From an uncultured virus (IMG/VR IMGVR_UViG_3300047319_000709) (lineage: Duplodnaviria > Heunggongvirae > Uroviricota > Caudoviricetes), in IMG/VR virus record IMGVR_UViG_3300047319_000709: a DNA stretch of 64,000 bases, one strand, 5' to 3'. The notes beneath the pieces are model-generated. The model did not search any database and was not told where the DNA came from. It saw only the letters and a list, made by a program, of their open reading frames with translations. The translations under genes and the position numbers were made by a program. Within the stretch, counting starts at the first letter, position 1, and every line of letters starts with the position of its first letter. Positions 27,912 through 41,878 of this stretch are shown here, in pieces.

Positions 27912-29391
27912 AGAGGACGTACTCTCCTACGCCCAAGCCATCGAGATACCGGGCAAGCCTGCCGGCGAAGATCCAGACACGGAATTCTTCGAGCCTATCG
28001 AAACGACGATGGCGCAGCACCACCGCCTCATTCTCGAGACGATGGAGAGGGTGAGCAAGACGCCGCACGGCCGGGCCATGTTCTTCATGCCGCCTGGTAG
28101 CGCGAAATCGACTTACGCTTCCGTCGTGTTCCCCTCGCGGTATCTTGGCGCGGAAAAGAATCGCAAGGTCATTCTCGCCAGCTACGGCGACGACCTCGCC
28201 CGCAAGATGGGACGCCGTACCCGCTCGATCATCAAGCAGAAGCGGTTCAAGGGGATTTACGGCTGCGAACTGACGACTGAATCGTCCGCAGCACAAGAAT
28301 TTTCGCTGACGAACGGTAGCGAGTACATCGCGACCGGTATTCTCGGCGGCGTCACTGGTAACCGCGCCAACGGCATCATCATTGATGACCCGGTTAAGGG
28401 CCGCGAGCAGGCTGATTCTCCAACGATCCGTGACAAGACGTGGGATGCCTATAACGACGACCTGAAAACTCGTCTCATCCCTGGCGGCTGGGTCGTCATC
28501 ATCCAGACCCGCTGGCACGAAGACGACCTCGCCGGCCGCATCCTTCCTGAAGACTGGAAGGGCGAAAGCGGCCCGATCATGTGCCGCGACGGCAACGTCT
28601 GGGAAGTCGTCTGTCTGCAGGCGCGCTGCGAAGTCCAGAACGACCCGCTTGGTCGAAAGATCGGCGAATACCTGTGGCCGCAATGGTTCACCGAAAAGCA
28701 CTGGGCGCAGTTTCAGAACAACGTCCGCACGTGGGCATCGCTCTATCAGCAGTTGCCACGTCCGCTGGAGGGCACGCTGTTCAAGGTCGAGAACATGCTG
28801 GTCGACGGCGCTCCGGTGCCGTGGCCGCAGCGCTGCGATTATGTGTTCGCCATTCTCGACTCTGCTCTCAAGGCGGGTGACAAGAACGATGGCACGGGCG
28901 TGACCTACTTCGCCCGCAATCGTCACATCGGGCACAAACTGATTATTCTCGATTGGGACATAACCCAGATCGAGAGTGACCTGATCGCCGAGTGGTTCCC
29001 GAACGTGATGTCGCGAGTCGAGGAGCTGGCGAGGCTCTGCGGCGCGCGCATGGGTAGTGCCGGGAGCTTCGTTGAGGACAAGGGCAGCGGTATCACGCTC
29101 CTTCAGCGGGCGGCACGTAGCGGCTGGCCTGCTCAGGCTATCGACAGCAAGTTGACCTCCATGAGCAAAGACGCCCGCGGCACGGGCGTATCCGATTTTG
29201 TCCATAGCGGCGACGTGAAAATCAGCGAGCACGCCTACAACAAGATTGTTGAATACAAGGGGCGGGCTCAAAACCACTTCCTTAGCCAGTTCTTCGGTTA
29301 TCGGCTGGGCATTCCCAACCAGGCGGACGACCTGTACGACACGGGCGTCTACGGCATTGCAATCGGCCTAGGAGATTCTGACGGCCTGTAA
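27847..29391 (+). CDS. terL: terminase large subunit
   Basis: MPPGSAKS Walker A; IIIDDP Walker B; QTRWHEDD; LYQQ.P; VEDKGSG; DDLYD. Confidence 0.93.
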   Translation: MTNSPPTLEQAAQELWIRRRAREDVLSYAQAIEIPGKPAGEDPDTEFFEPIETTMAQHHRLILETMERVSKTPHGRAMFFMPPGSAKSTYASVVFPSRYLGAEKNRKVILASYGDDLARKMGRRTRSIIKQKRFKGIYGCELTTESSAAQEFSLTNGSEYIATGILGGVTGNRANGIIIDDPVKGREQADSPTIRDKTWDAYNDDLKTRLIPGGWVVIIQTRWHEDDLAGRILPEDWKGESGPIMCRDGNVWEVVCLQARCEVQNDPLGRKIGEYLWPQWFTEKHWAQFQNNVRTWASLYQQLPRPLEGTLFKVENMLVDGAPVPWPQRCDYVFAILDSALKAGDKNDGTGVTYFARNRHIGHKLIILDWDITQIESDLIAEWFPNVMSRVEELARLCGARMGSAGSFVEDKGSGITLLQRAARSGWPAQAIDSKLTSMSKDARGTGVSDFVHSGDVKISEHAYNKIVEYKGRAQNHFLSQFFGYRLGIPNQADDLYDTGVYGIAIGLGDSDGL

Positions 29392-29404
29392 CTGACAAAA
29401 CCAC

Positions 29405-30819
29405 ATGGCAGAAATCAATATCACAGGATCGGCGCTATCCTCGAGCCTGACTGATCTGCTCATGGCGGATGACATCATTCCAGGTGCTGAGCCGTCGTAC
29501 CAGTTGTGCAAGACGATTTACGCGTTTCATCCGCTCGGCTCAAAGATCGTAGATCAGCCGATCAAACTGGCGATGAGCCAGAAGCGAACGATCTCGATTC
29601 CGAACAGCCCAGAGGAAAGGATTCGTGAGGCTTTCGAACGAAAGTGGGACGAGATCGGAGCGAACAAATACATCGCAAACACATGGCGCCTGGCCAAGAT
29701 TTATGGCGCTGCAGCTTTGGTCTTTGGCGCTAAAGGCGTTGATACCAATACGCTGATCAAACCCGAAGATCTCGCGAAGAAAGATCTGTACTTCAATGCG
29801 CTCGACCCGCTGAACACTGCCGGGTCGCTGGTGCTGAATCAGGACCCTAACGCGCCGGACTTCCAGAAGCCCACCATTATCACGGCCGCAGGACAGGCAT
29901 ATCACCCCTCCCGGTCGCTGGTCTTCTTCAACGAAGACCCGCTGTACATCGAGTACACGAACTCGGCTTACGGCTACACCGGCCGTTCGGTCTATCAGCG
30001 CGCTCTCTTTCCGCTGAAGTCGTTTGTTCAGACGATGGTGGCCGACGATATGGTGGCCCGCAAGGTCGGCGTCATCGTCGCCAAGATGAAACAGGCCGGA
30101 TCGATCGCCGACCGCGCGATGGCTGTGTTTCAGGGGATCAAGCGAAACGTCGTCAAGGAGGCGCAGACCAACAACGTCATCAACATTACTCCCGAAGAGG
30201 GAATTGAGACGCTGAATCTGCTGAACGCTGACGGTGCACTCACAACGGCCCGGAAGAACATCCTCGAGAACATCGCTGCTGCTGTCCCGCAGCCAGCCAA
30301 GTTGCTCAACTCCGAGTCGTACGCGGAAGGATTCGGCGAAGGCACGGAAGACGCCAAGGACATTGTTCGCTACATCGAGCACGAGCAGCAGACGGCAAAG
30401 CCTATCTTCACGTTCTTTGATCGGATCGTGATGCGGCTTGCGTGGACTGAGGAGTTTTACAAGACGATCCAAGCTGAGGTTCCAGAATACAAGAACGTCC
30501 CGTACCACAAGGCGTTCTACGACTGGGCGAATGCTTTCGAGGCTGAATGGCCTTCCCTCCTCGTGGAGCCGGAATCGAAGCTCGTCGAAGTCGACGACAT
30601 CAAGCTCAAAAGCATCATCGCAGCGATCGAAGTGCTTCTACCCAACCTCGACCCGGACAACAAGGCCAGGTTGGTCGAATGGGCGGCCAGCAACATCAAC
30701 GAGTCGAAGCACCTGTTCTCGAATCCGCTGGAACTTGATTACGATGATCTGAGGAGTTACGTGCCGCCCACGCCTCCCGAAAATCCTGACGCTCCGCCTC
30801 CATTCTCCGGCCGCTCCTG

Positions 30820-30820
<1 letters not shown>
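29405..30820 (+). CDS. portal protein (DUF1073-like)
   Basis: Follows terminase; 471 aa; G.SV pattern; Pro-rich tail. Confidence 0.8.
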
Positions 30821-34162
<3,342 letters not shown>

Positions 34163-34184
34163 CTGCAGTAGTCGCTAACACGAG

Positions 34185-34209
34185 GCCCGCCACTGAGCGG
34201 GCTTTTTTC
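34185..34209 (+). terminator. rho-independent terminator
   Basis: GCCCGC..GCGGGC-TTTTTT. Confidence 0.7.
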
Positions 34210-34227
34210 ATTTCAGGATAGGAAAAC

Positions 34228-35112
34228 ATGGCACTCAATACGCCTTTCTACCCGTACGCGACTACGAATGCTCAAGGTTCGTTTTCGGTACAAAGCGCTG
34301 GCTACGTTCAGGGCGTCTATCAGGACGCTCCGGCCACGCGCTATTCGCTCGCAATCGGCACTGTTTCCGCGAGCGCGACGCGTCCCATCTGGGGCGGCAT
34401 GGCCATCTCGGAAAGCATCGCTCCGGCATCGGGTTACGACCGCACCCAAGGCGGCACGATCGTCGAAGCATCGGCTGTTGCGAACATCACCGGCTTCACG
34501 GTATTCAACAACGCCTACGCATGGGTTGGCTCGCCATCGAGCCCCGTTCCGACCGCTGGCGCCGCCGGCATGACCGTTCCGTTCTTCCGCCTCGGCTCTG
34601 GTATCGCGATTCCTGTCGCAATGGATCCGTCGCTGGTATCGCTGGACGGCAGCCTGATCACCAGCCAGGTGTCGTGGGACTTCAACAACCAGGTTCTGCA
34701 ACCGTACGACGCAGCGACGGCGACCTACTCGGTTACGTCGGCCACCTCGTCGTTTGCCAACGGCGTCTACACGATCGCCATCGTAATGGCTGCGGCTTCG
34801 CCGGTTGCTGGTGTGGGCGACCTCATCAACATCAGCGGCGTGACGGGTACGGGCGCAGCGCTCGTGAACGGCAACCAGACCGTGTCGGCATTCACCGACA
34901 ACCAGCATTTCTCGATTCAGATCACGGCCGCATCGGGTGCGATCGCCACGGGCGCATTGACGGGCACGATCGTTCTGAACTACGGCACGGGCGCCCTCCC
35001 CGTCAAGATCCTGGACATCAACGCTGGCAACAGCATGACCGTCTCCTACAACGCAACCACCGGCGCAGCTACCTGGAATCGTCAAGGTTACGCGGCCCTT
35101 ATCCAGCTCTAA
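34228..35112 (+). CDS. capsid decoration/cement protein
   Basis: Between protease and major capsid gene; beta-rich. Confidence 0.65.
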   Translation: MALNTPFYPYATTNAQGSFSVQSAGYVQGVYQDAPATRYSLAIGTVSASATRPIWGGMAISESIAPASGYDRTQGGTIVEASAVANITGFTVFNNAYAWVGSPSSPVPTAGAAGMTVPFFRLGSGIAIPVAMDPSLVSLDGSLITSQVSWDFNNQVLQPYDAATATYSVTSATSSFANGVYTIAIVMAAASPVAGVGDLINISGVTGTGAALVNGNQTVSAFTDNQHFSIQITAASGAIATGALTGTIVLNYGTGALPVKILDINAGNSMTVSYNATTGAATWNRQGYAALIQL

Positions 35113-35121
35113 GGACAGAAC

Positions 35122-36141
35122 ATGGCCAATATCGTACCGGCACAAATCCGGGTCAACCCGTCGTACGTGGTTCCCGAACTTCTCCTGCAGTATCAACAGG
35201 CATCGGGCGCGTTCGACACGATCGCAACGGGCGACCCGCTCGTGCGTCTCGGCGAGGGCGACCTGGCCGTCTACATCAAGCGCCTAGATGTCCGCACGCA
35301 AGTGCAGACCGGCCAGTTCGTGGCCAACGCGCTGCCGTCGTGCACGGTCGTGTACAACGAAATCAGCACGCCGACGTACATGATCCGTTCGCGCGCCGAA
35401 TACGATCATCACGACACGGCTGCTCTCGGCCGCGTTGGCGCGTCGACCGTCGAAGCCCATCGCCTGGCAATGCGTCAGGGCACGTTCCAGCAACAACGGA
35501 ACCTGCTGCTGTACGGCGCGAACCCGGCGAACGGCGAAGGCCTGTTGAACGCGAACGGCGCCACGGCACTGAACCTGCCGGCAGACCCGAACGGCAACAC
35601 GACCATCTCGACGTACGACAACGGCGCGCTGGCGTTCTTCCTCGCACAGCAGATCGCTGCGATCAAGACGCGCACGATGACGGTTGGCGTCCCGGCCCGT
35701 TTCACGGTGCTGACGACTCAACGCATCATGCAGGCGATCAGCTACTACGGCATCGTCCAACTCACGCAGTTCCAGCGTGAAGGCGCGGGCTCGAAGTCGA
35801 TCCGCGGTCTTGTGGACGACGTCGCTGGCTGGAACAAGGACGAGATCACCTGGACTTGCGATGACACGCTCATCGGCAAGGGCGCAGGCGGCACCGACCT
35901 GATCATCATCTCCATGCCGGAGGTGAAGAAGAACCGCGTGAACAAGATCAACACGAACGTGTTTGCTGAACTCACGCCGGGTCTCGACGCCTGCTCGCTG
36001 CAACTCGTCGACCGCGCCGCACCGACCGAAATCATCGCTCCGCTTCCTGCTGGCGCTGTTGACGTTGTGTCGGAACTGCGCTCGACGTCGGGCTGGGCAC
36101 CGCGTCCGGAAGCCATCACGCTCGTCAGCGCCGGCTTCTAA
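35122..36141 (+). CDS. major capsid protein
   Basis: 339 aa; LLLYG....GEGLLN HK97-fold pattern; strong codon bias. Confidence 0.8.
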   Translation: MANIVPAQIRVNPSYVVPELLLQYQQASGAFDTIATGDPLVRLGEGDLAVYIKRLDVRTQVQTGQFVANALPSCTVVYNEISTPTYMIRSRAEYDHHDTAALGRVGASTVEAHRLAMRQGTFQQQRNLLLYGANPANGEGLLNANGATALNLPADPNGNTTISTYDNGALAFFLAQQIAAIKTRTMTVGVPARFTVLTTQRIMQAISYYGIVQLTQFQREGAGSKSIRGLVDDVAGWNKDEITWTCDDTLIGKGAGGTDLIIISMPEVKKNRVNKINTNVFAELTPGLDACSLQLVDRAAPTEIIAPLPAGAVDVVSELRSTSGWAPRPEAITLVSAGF

Positions 36142-36147
36142 ACGGTC

Positions 36148-36240
36148 AGCCCGTGGATAGGTTGCGCAACTGACAAGCACGCCCCCTGTCGTGTTTCCAC
36201 GGGCTCCATCCATTACAGGGATTAACTAACAGGGAATACC
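36148..36240 (+). promoter_or_regulatory. three-way-junction/pseudoknot RNA motif, copy 1
   Basis: 10-bp P1 AGCCCGTGGA/TCCACGGGCT; loop CCCTGT complementary to downstream ACAGGG. Confidence 0.55.
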
Positions 36241-36756
36241 ATGCCGTTATTCGTTGCAAATCTGACCAAACACAATTTCCAGTTGCACTTCTGGACGGAG
36301 CGCACGCAGCGCCCGATCTTCGTCGAAATCCCTCCGGGTCAGCAGAAGAGCATCTATCCCGAAGGCTCCCGAGCAGATCACGAAAGCATTGTGAATCAGC
36401 ACAAGATGTACGGCATGTTGCCGGTGTCGGAAATCGACCGCGCCAGGGGGTTCGTCGGCCAGTGCTATCAGTTCGACACGCCGATCCCACTGGACCGCCT
36501 GTACAACACGATGACGAACAACGAGGACGTGCTGTATGACGAAGCAGCCGAGCGCCGCAAGGAAGCCGCCGCATCGTCGGACGATCTGATGCGCAGGGCC
36601 GCCCAGGAAACCGACTCGAAGATCGCATCTTTCGAGGTCGAAATCGAAGAGGTCGATCAGAAAGGCGTCGAATCGCAGGTTCACGAAGTCATCACGGTCG
36701 GCGAAGAAAAGCCGCAGCAATCGGATCGCCGCCGCGGACGTCGCAGCCGTAGCTAA
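36241..36756 (+). CDS. hypothetical head-region protein
   Basis: Follows the major capsid gene. Confidence 0.7.
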   Translation: MPLFVANLTKHNFQLHFWTERTQRPIFVEIPPGQQKSIYPEGSRADHESIVNQHKMYGMLPVSEIDRARGFVGQCYQFDTPIPLDRLYNTMTNNEDVLYDEAAERRKEAAASSDDLMRRAAQETDSKIASFEVEIEEVDQKGVESQVHEVITVGEEKPQQSDRRRGRRSRS

Positions 36757-36764
36757 GAGGAAAT

Positions 36765-37268
36765 ATGTGCACGCCCTGCTTTCCCCCGCTTCCAGGCATG
36801 GGCGTGCTCGCCCCATGGCAAACGCAGTCAGCACCGAACGCAACTGATCTGTACACCTTCCTGACGACGGTCGCGGGTGTGCCTACGGCAGCGCTGCCGT
36901 CGAGTAGCCCTTACGTCACATGGGCTCTCAGCTATGCCGAAGAGCAGACGCTAAGGGTGTTGTGCCTCATCGGGCGCGACTACTACTGCTTCGCCGTTTA
37001 CTGCCTTGCGACGTCGTTTCTTTTGAACTGGTGTCCCGACACTCCGCCCAGCACGTTTTTCGCAGATGCCCGAGCCGATATGAAGCTGACAAGCTTCACT
37101 CCCGGCGTGGTGAATTCCGCAGCAGATCAAGGAACTTCCGATTCGCTGCTCTCGCCCGACTTTCTGAAGGGCCTCACGCTAGGCCAGTTGCAGGCGCTGA
37201 AGGACCCGTACGGGCGCCAGTGGTTGAGTATGCAGCAGGACCTCGGAAATATTTGGGGCATCAGTTAA
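36765..37268 (+). CDS. head-tail adaptor (DUF4054-like)
   Basis: PYGRQWL motif; position. Confidence 0.6.
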   Translation: MCTPCFPPLPGMGVLAPWQTQSAPNATDLYTFLTTVAGVPTAALPSSSPYVTWALSYAEEQTLRVLCLIGRDYYCFAVYCLATSFLLNWCPDTPPSTFFADARADMKLTSFTPGVVNSAADQGTSDSLLSPDFLKGLTLGQLQALKDPYGRQWLSMQQDLGNIWGIS

Positions 37269-37276
37269 GGTAAATC

Positions 37277-37831
37277 ATGGCAGCGAGAGACTTTGCCACT
37301 CCGATGGCTGAGGGGGGCGGGAGTTATTCGCCTGTACACGTCGGCACGACGACCGCGCCACCTGGCCGGATCACGTTGCACCTCGGCGTGATCGACGTCC
37401 CGTACGTGGACAGTGGTGGATCGAAGGGGAAGAAAGGCAAGAAAAGCGCCTCCACGAAGACGACTGGCGAGGTTGCCGAAATCCTCGAAGAGAAATACGC
37501 CGTGCTGGACACGTTCGCTTTTGCGCGCCTACCGGCCATCGCCAAGGCACTGGAGCATTCGATTGCCGGCCAGCTTGAAACCATGATGATGGGCGGCCAC
37601 CCCTCGGGCAACCCGTTTGCCGGTGCCGAATCATCCATCACCACGATGATGAAGAATTTCATCTCGTTGCAGGAGATCGAGCATATGGGAATCGAGGGCG
37701 TTCCGACGCAGGCCGCGCTGAACGGCGTAAATCACCGCCTGAAGCATCCATACGCCAAGGGCAACCCTCGGCGCCCGTCTTTCATTGACACGTCGCTCTA
37801 CTGGTCAACGCTCACCGCGTGGTTTGATTAA
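37277..37831 (+). CDS. neck/tail completion protein
   Basis: RPSFIDT motif; position. Confidence 0.6.
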   Translation: MAARDFATPMAEGGGSYSPVHVGTTTAPPGRITLHLGVIDVPYVDSGGSKGKKGKKSASTKTTGEVAEILEEKYAVLDTFAFARLPAIAKALEHSIAGQLETMMMGGHPSGNPFAGAESSITTMMKNFISLQEIEHMGIEGVPTQAALNGVNHRLKHPYAKGNPRRPSFIDTSLYWSTLTAWFD

Positions 37832-38778
37832 TGCCATCTATCGCCGAATCGCTAGGGTCACAAAGCCAGTTGGCGAGTACGCTGGCGGCCGGTGTTGATC
37901 AGATTTCGCAAAGCCAGACGGTCACATTCACGAAATACAGCCAGTCAATTCTCCCGGCTGATGGATACGTTTTCTGGGTGAAAACTGGCGTCACGCAAAC
38001 GGTCCGAGGGTCTTTGCACCTCGTGACTGATCAGCAGCAGAACGAAGATGAAACGATCGACGTCAACCGGATCGTCTTCACGGCTCTCAGCCAGATAGAC
38101 GTATTTAACACAGCAGCGCCTACAGACCTGTTCATCGGCGTCATCGACGGCATCCGGTTTTCGTTCAATGCTCGAGGAGCGTTTTACCAGCAGGCCAATC
38201 TTTATCACTACGTTGGCAACGCGGTTTATCCGGCGCTCGCATCGCAGCTGATTGACAGCGCGGCTGATCTGCCGACCGGGCTGATCGTATCCAATAGCCT
38301 GCCGATCTGGCTTGCCCAGAGCACCCCTGAACTGCCGGTCTACCCGTCGTATCTGGTGCCGGCCAATGTTGTGCCGCCCTATGTGGTGGCGCACGTCGAG
38401 CCTGACCAGACAGAGGCGCCGTCATTCCCGATCTACGTGTGGCCAGGCACGACCGTTCCGAATTCCGGCGCATCACCGCTGCATGACATGCCGAGTTCAC
38501 AACTCGCCAAAGACCGCGTTCGCCTGACTTTGTACGGCCTGACAAACCAGCAGGCCATCCAGTTCTATGCGTCACTGATTGATTATTCGTTGAACACCGA
38601 CAACTTCGGATTTGGCAACTCGCCGGTTTTGAAAGACGCCAAGCGCACGCAATCCGAATTGAACGTTATCGCGATGAAGAAGACGCTCGACATCGATGCC
38701 TGGTATTTCCAGACAACGTCCGATGCGATCGCGCGCCGATTGATTCTCTCGGCTGGTTTCTCCTCCATCACCACCTAG
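37831..38778 (+). CDS. head-closure/tail-terminator region protein
   Basis: Position before the sheath gene. Confidence 0.55.
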   Translation: MPSIAESLGSQSQLASTLAAGVDQISQSQTVTFTKYSQSILPADGYVFWVKTGVTQTVRGSLHLVTDQQQNEDETIDVNRIVFTALSQIDVFNTAAPTDLFIGVIDGIRFSFNARGAFYQQANLYHYVGNAVYPALASQLIDSAADLPTGLIVSNSLPIWLAQSTPELPVYPSYLVPANVVPPYVVAHVEPDQTEAPSFPIYVWPGTTVPNSGASPLHDMPSSQLAKDRVRLTLYGLTNQQAIQFYASLIDYSLNTDNFGFGNSPVLKDAKRTQSELNVIAMKKTLDIDAWYFQTTSDAIARRLILSAGFSSITT

Positions 38779-38803
38779 CGGGGCACCCCGACTAGTCATT
38801 CCA

Positions 38804-38830
38804 CCCCGCCGCGAGCGGGGTTTTTCTTTT
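38804..38830 (+). terminator. rho-independent terminator
   Basis: CCCCGC..GCGGGG-TTTTT. Confidence 0.65.
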
Positions 38831-38842
38831 CAGGAGCTTTAA

Positions 38843-39217
38843 ATGCCCCAGGCCCCGCTTCAAGCAAACGTAGCACTCAACGCAGCAAACAAGAGTTCGC
38901 AACTCCAGATGGACGGCAGCGGCAATCTGCTGGTCGGCAACGGATCGTCCAACAAGCTGAACGTTACCGCCATCAATCTCGTGAAGGCAGGTGCTGGTCG
39001 TGTTTGCAAGGTGACAGTGGTTGCAGCCGCCACCGCTGGCAACTTCGCCGTGTACGACGTCGCAACGACCGGCGCCGCGGCAACAGCGAACGCCATTCTC
39101 AAATACACCGCTTCGTGGCCGGCGGTCGGCACCGTCATCTCTCTCGATTTCCCCTGCCTCGCCGGGATTGTTGTTGATCCGGGTACCGGTGGTCAAGTCG
39201 CTGTCTCGTTCGATTAA
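38843..39217 (+). CDS. small beta-rich structural protein
   Basis: CAGGAG RBS; between neck and sheath genes. Confidence 0.65.
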   Translation: MPQAPLQANVALNAANKSSQLQMDGSGNLLVGNGSSNKLNVTAINLVKAGAGRVCKVTVVAAATAGNFAVYDVATTGAAATANAILKYTASWPAVGTVISLDFPCLAGIVVDPGTGGQVAVSFD

Positions 39218-39235
39218 TAACTGGAGCACGCCCAC

Positions 39236-40561
39236 ATGGCGACTACAATCACGCCGACGATCGTAACGGTAAATACGACCGTCACGCGCGCGCCGACTGT
39301 CTCGCAGCTTCAGCAAAGTGGCGCGATTGTGTCGGCGGGCGGTACTACCCTCGCGAGCGGAACGTATCAGTATTGCGGATCTCTCTCTGCCGTACAGGCA
39401 ATCCTCGCCACGCCCCTCGCGCTGACCGGAATGGTCTGGTCGAGCGGCACGGTGACAGCCACTACCGCAGCTACCATCGGTTTGGCAACAGGCCAGACGT
39501 TCACGACGACTATCGCTGGCGCGACGCCTGCCGCATATAACGGCACTTACACCGCGACAGTTGCGAGCGCCAACACTTTTACGTTCGCTCTTGCCGCGAA
39601 TCCGGGCACCGAAACCGTTCCGGGCACCTACCTGCCGTCAAATGCCGGCTTCATTAGCAACTCCGCAACGACGTTCTTTGCGCAGGGGAACTCGGTCGGC
39701 GTCTACGTGCTCGAACTCGGCGCTCAGACGACTGCCGCGTCAGCTATCACGGCTTTGCAGACATGGATCACTGCAAACAGTAATCCGCAGGTTTTCTACG
39801 CATACCTGTTGCCCGGTTCATGGGATGCAGCATCGTCCGCCGCCCTGAACACGATGACGGCGAACTACGACAGCCCAAGCGGTCAGACCTACTTCTTCGT
39901 CACCACGACCGTTTCTAACCTGCCGAACTACGCCAATAACAAGGCGGTGTATGCGCAGGTTCCGAGCCCAACCAAGGCGTCGACCGAGCATCAGTTGTCG
40001 GTCGACTTCTACAACTGGCTCGCCAATAAACCCGGCTCGGCCAGTCCGCTGGCGCCGATGTCGTATCGCTATGCTTTCGGCGTGACCCCTTGGTCGCAGG
40101 TTGGCAACCAGACCAGCATCAATACGGTCCTGACCAACTACGGCAACCTGATTCTGACGGGTGCCGAGGGCGGCATTTCCACCGCGTGCGTCTTCAAGGG
40201 CACGACGATGGATGGCGAACAGGCCGCATGGTGGTATGGCATCGACTGGTTCCGCATTCAGGTCAAGCAGGCGCTCGCCGCGGCAATCATCAACGGCTCG
40301 AACAGCAACCCGCCGCTGCTCTATGACCAGAACGGAATCAACACGCTGCTCGCCGTTGCGCAAAACGTGGCCAACTCCGCAGTCAAGTTCGGTTGCGCGT
40401 TGAGCGCAGTCGTCACTGCGGTGCCGTTTTCGACGTACACGACGGAAAACCCGAACGACTACAACGCAGGCATCTACAACGGCTTCGCAGCGACAGTGGT
40501 TGGTCAAAACGCATTTTTGACCCTGACTTTCAATCTTGACGCTACTCAGTTCGTTGCTTAA
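39236..40561 (+). CDS. tail sheath protein (DUF3383-like)
   Basis: 441 aa; WYGIDW, LLYDQNGI motifs; precedes the tube gene. Confidence 0.75.
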   Translation: MATTITPTIVTVNTTVTRAPTVSQLQQSGAIVSAGGTTLASGTYQYCGSLSAVQAILATPLALTGMVWSSGTVTATTAATIGLATGQTFTTTIAGATPAAYNGTYTATVASANTFTFALAANPGTETVPGTYLPSNAGFISNSATTFFAQGNSVGVYVLELGAQTTAASAITALQTWITANSNPQVFYAYLLPGSWDAASSAALNTMTANYDSPSGQTYFFVTTTVSNLPNYANNKAVYAQVPSPTKASTEHQLSVDFYNWLANKPGSASPLAPMSYRYAFGVTPWSQVGNQTSINTVLTNYGNLILTGAEGGISTACVFKGTTMDGEQAAWWYGIDWFRIQVKQALAAAIINGSNSNPPLLYDQNGINTLLAVAQNVANSAVKFGCALSAVVTAVPFSTYTTENPNDYNAGIYNGFAATVVGQNAFLTLTFNLDATQFVA

Positions 40562-40570
40562 GGACGCACC

Positions 40571-41014
40571 ATGGCAAATCCCTATCTCACTGCGGGTCCG
40601 CTAAACCGCGTCCGATGCTCCGTCGTAGTGGCGGCCTTTCCCACGTTGAACATCACGGCCCAGTACATGGGCAAGTCATTTGCGCACATCGAATTTGAAG
40701 GCGATTTCGTGCCTCAGATTGAAACCGCAACAGGCGTCGTGAATTCGCCAGAGCCGTACGTCATGGCGAGCATTACCGTGGGGCTGCTTCGGTCTCAGGC
40801 CTTGGCAGCAAGCTGGCTGGCGCAGGCGCAGGACACGGGCATTCTCGGCGACGTCACGATTCACAGCGACACGTCTGCCTGGCCGGCGATCACGCTGAAC
40901 GACACGGCCATCCGCTCGATTTCGCCCGGCGCGTTCGACGGCACCGATCCTGTTGTCCGGCTAACGCTCCGAGGCACCTACAACATCAACAGCTCGCTCT
41001 GGTCCTTCACTTGA
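40571..41014 (+). CDS. tail tube protein
   Basis: 147 aa, directly after the sheath gene. Confidence 0.7.
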   Translation: MANPYLTAGPLNRVRCSVVVAAFPTLNITAQYMGKSFAHIEFEGDFVPQIETATGVVNSPEPYVMASITVGLLRSQALAASWLAQAQDTGILGDVTIHSDTSAWPAITLNDTAIRSISPGAFDGTDPVVRLTLRGTYNINSSLWSFT

Positions 41015-41021
41015 CCATCAC

Positions 41022-41103
41022 GCCACGGCTAGGGACGCGACCCGAAAGCCAGCACCTTACTGGTTGCCGTGGCACCTCATAAGGCTCAGTTAAAGGGATT
41101 GAG
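41022..41103 (+). promoter_or_regulatory. three-way-junction/pseudoknot RNA motif, copy 2
   Basis: P1 GCCACGGC/GCCGTGGC; loop CCTTA complementary to downstream TAAGG. Confidence 0.55.
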
Positions 41104-41766
41104 ATGAAGATCGACGAACGGCGGAATCTGGTTCTGCCCGTCGTGACAGATAAGGTCACGAAGAAAGTCATAAAGCAGGTCGACGGAAAAGACGTGCCGG
41201 ATGAAATCACCGAAGATGTGGTGCGGATCTATGCTTTCCACACTCCGGTCTCTCGCGCCATCTTCGAGCAGCACTACCGCGTTCTGGCCGCCACCAAGGC
41301 TTCCCTGTCGAGCAAGGGCGCTCACTACCTGATGGGCGCTGGCCCCCGAATCGCGGCGTTGACTCTGAAAGACGAGGGTCGGAAAGAGGCTGCTAGTTTA
41401 GGCATGGTCGACGAGCGCGGCAATATTCACGATGAGGCGACTGACGCACTCTTCGCCGAGTTCAAGCGTCTCACGACCATCCTTTGCCCGGGCCCGAACG
41501 GCTGGGACATGCTACCCGTAGAGACCGCCATCTCGAGCGGAAAGATCGACGCTGAGGATTGGGAGGAAACGGTCGCAGCCGTCACTTTTTTTACCTGTCA
41601 CTATGCGATGGCGAAAAAAGCGGATCGCGAGACGGCGGCGAAGGGAACAGCATCCTTTCTGGGTGCGTCGATCACATCATCCACGCCTATGGAATTCATC
41701 GCCTCTTTGCCGACATTGACGCAGGCCGCGCCTACGACAAAGACACCATCGTCGATTCCATCCTGA
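41104..41766 (+). CDS. tail assembly chaperone (possible -1 frameshift extension to 41882)
   Basis: Between tube and tape measure genes; open -1 frame ends overlapping the TMP start. Confidence 0.65.
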   Translation: MKIDERRNLVLPVVTDKVTKKVIKQVDGKDVPDEITEDVVRIYAFHTPVSRAIFEQHYRVLAATKASLSSKGAHYLMGAGPRIAALTLKDEGRKEAASLGMVDERGNIHDEATDALFAEFKRLTTILCPGPNGWDMLPVETAISSGKIDAEDWEETVAAVTFFTCHYAMAKKADRETAAKGTASFLGASITSSTPMEFIASLPTLTQAAPTTKTPSSIPS

Positions 41767-41878
41767 ACTACATCGCCACAGAGGGATTCGGCGAGGTGTT
41801 TGAGCGGTACGACAGCCCATATCGAACAGCGCAGCAGTTCCGTCATCGGTATCTGATCGAGGCGCTCAAGAGGCCAGC

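Noticed and set aside
27772..29277. 501-aa minus-strand ORF (likewise 24021-25163, 29540-30508, 32984-34159, 35284-36213)
   Set aside because: Antisense shadows of well-supported genes, expected from high-GC codon bias; no motifs
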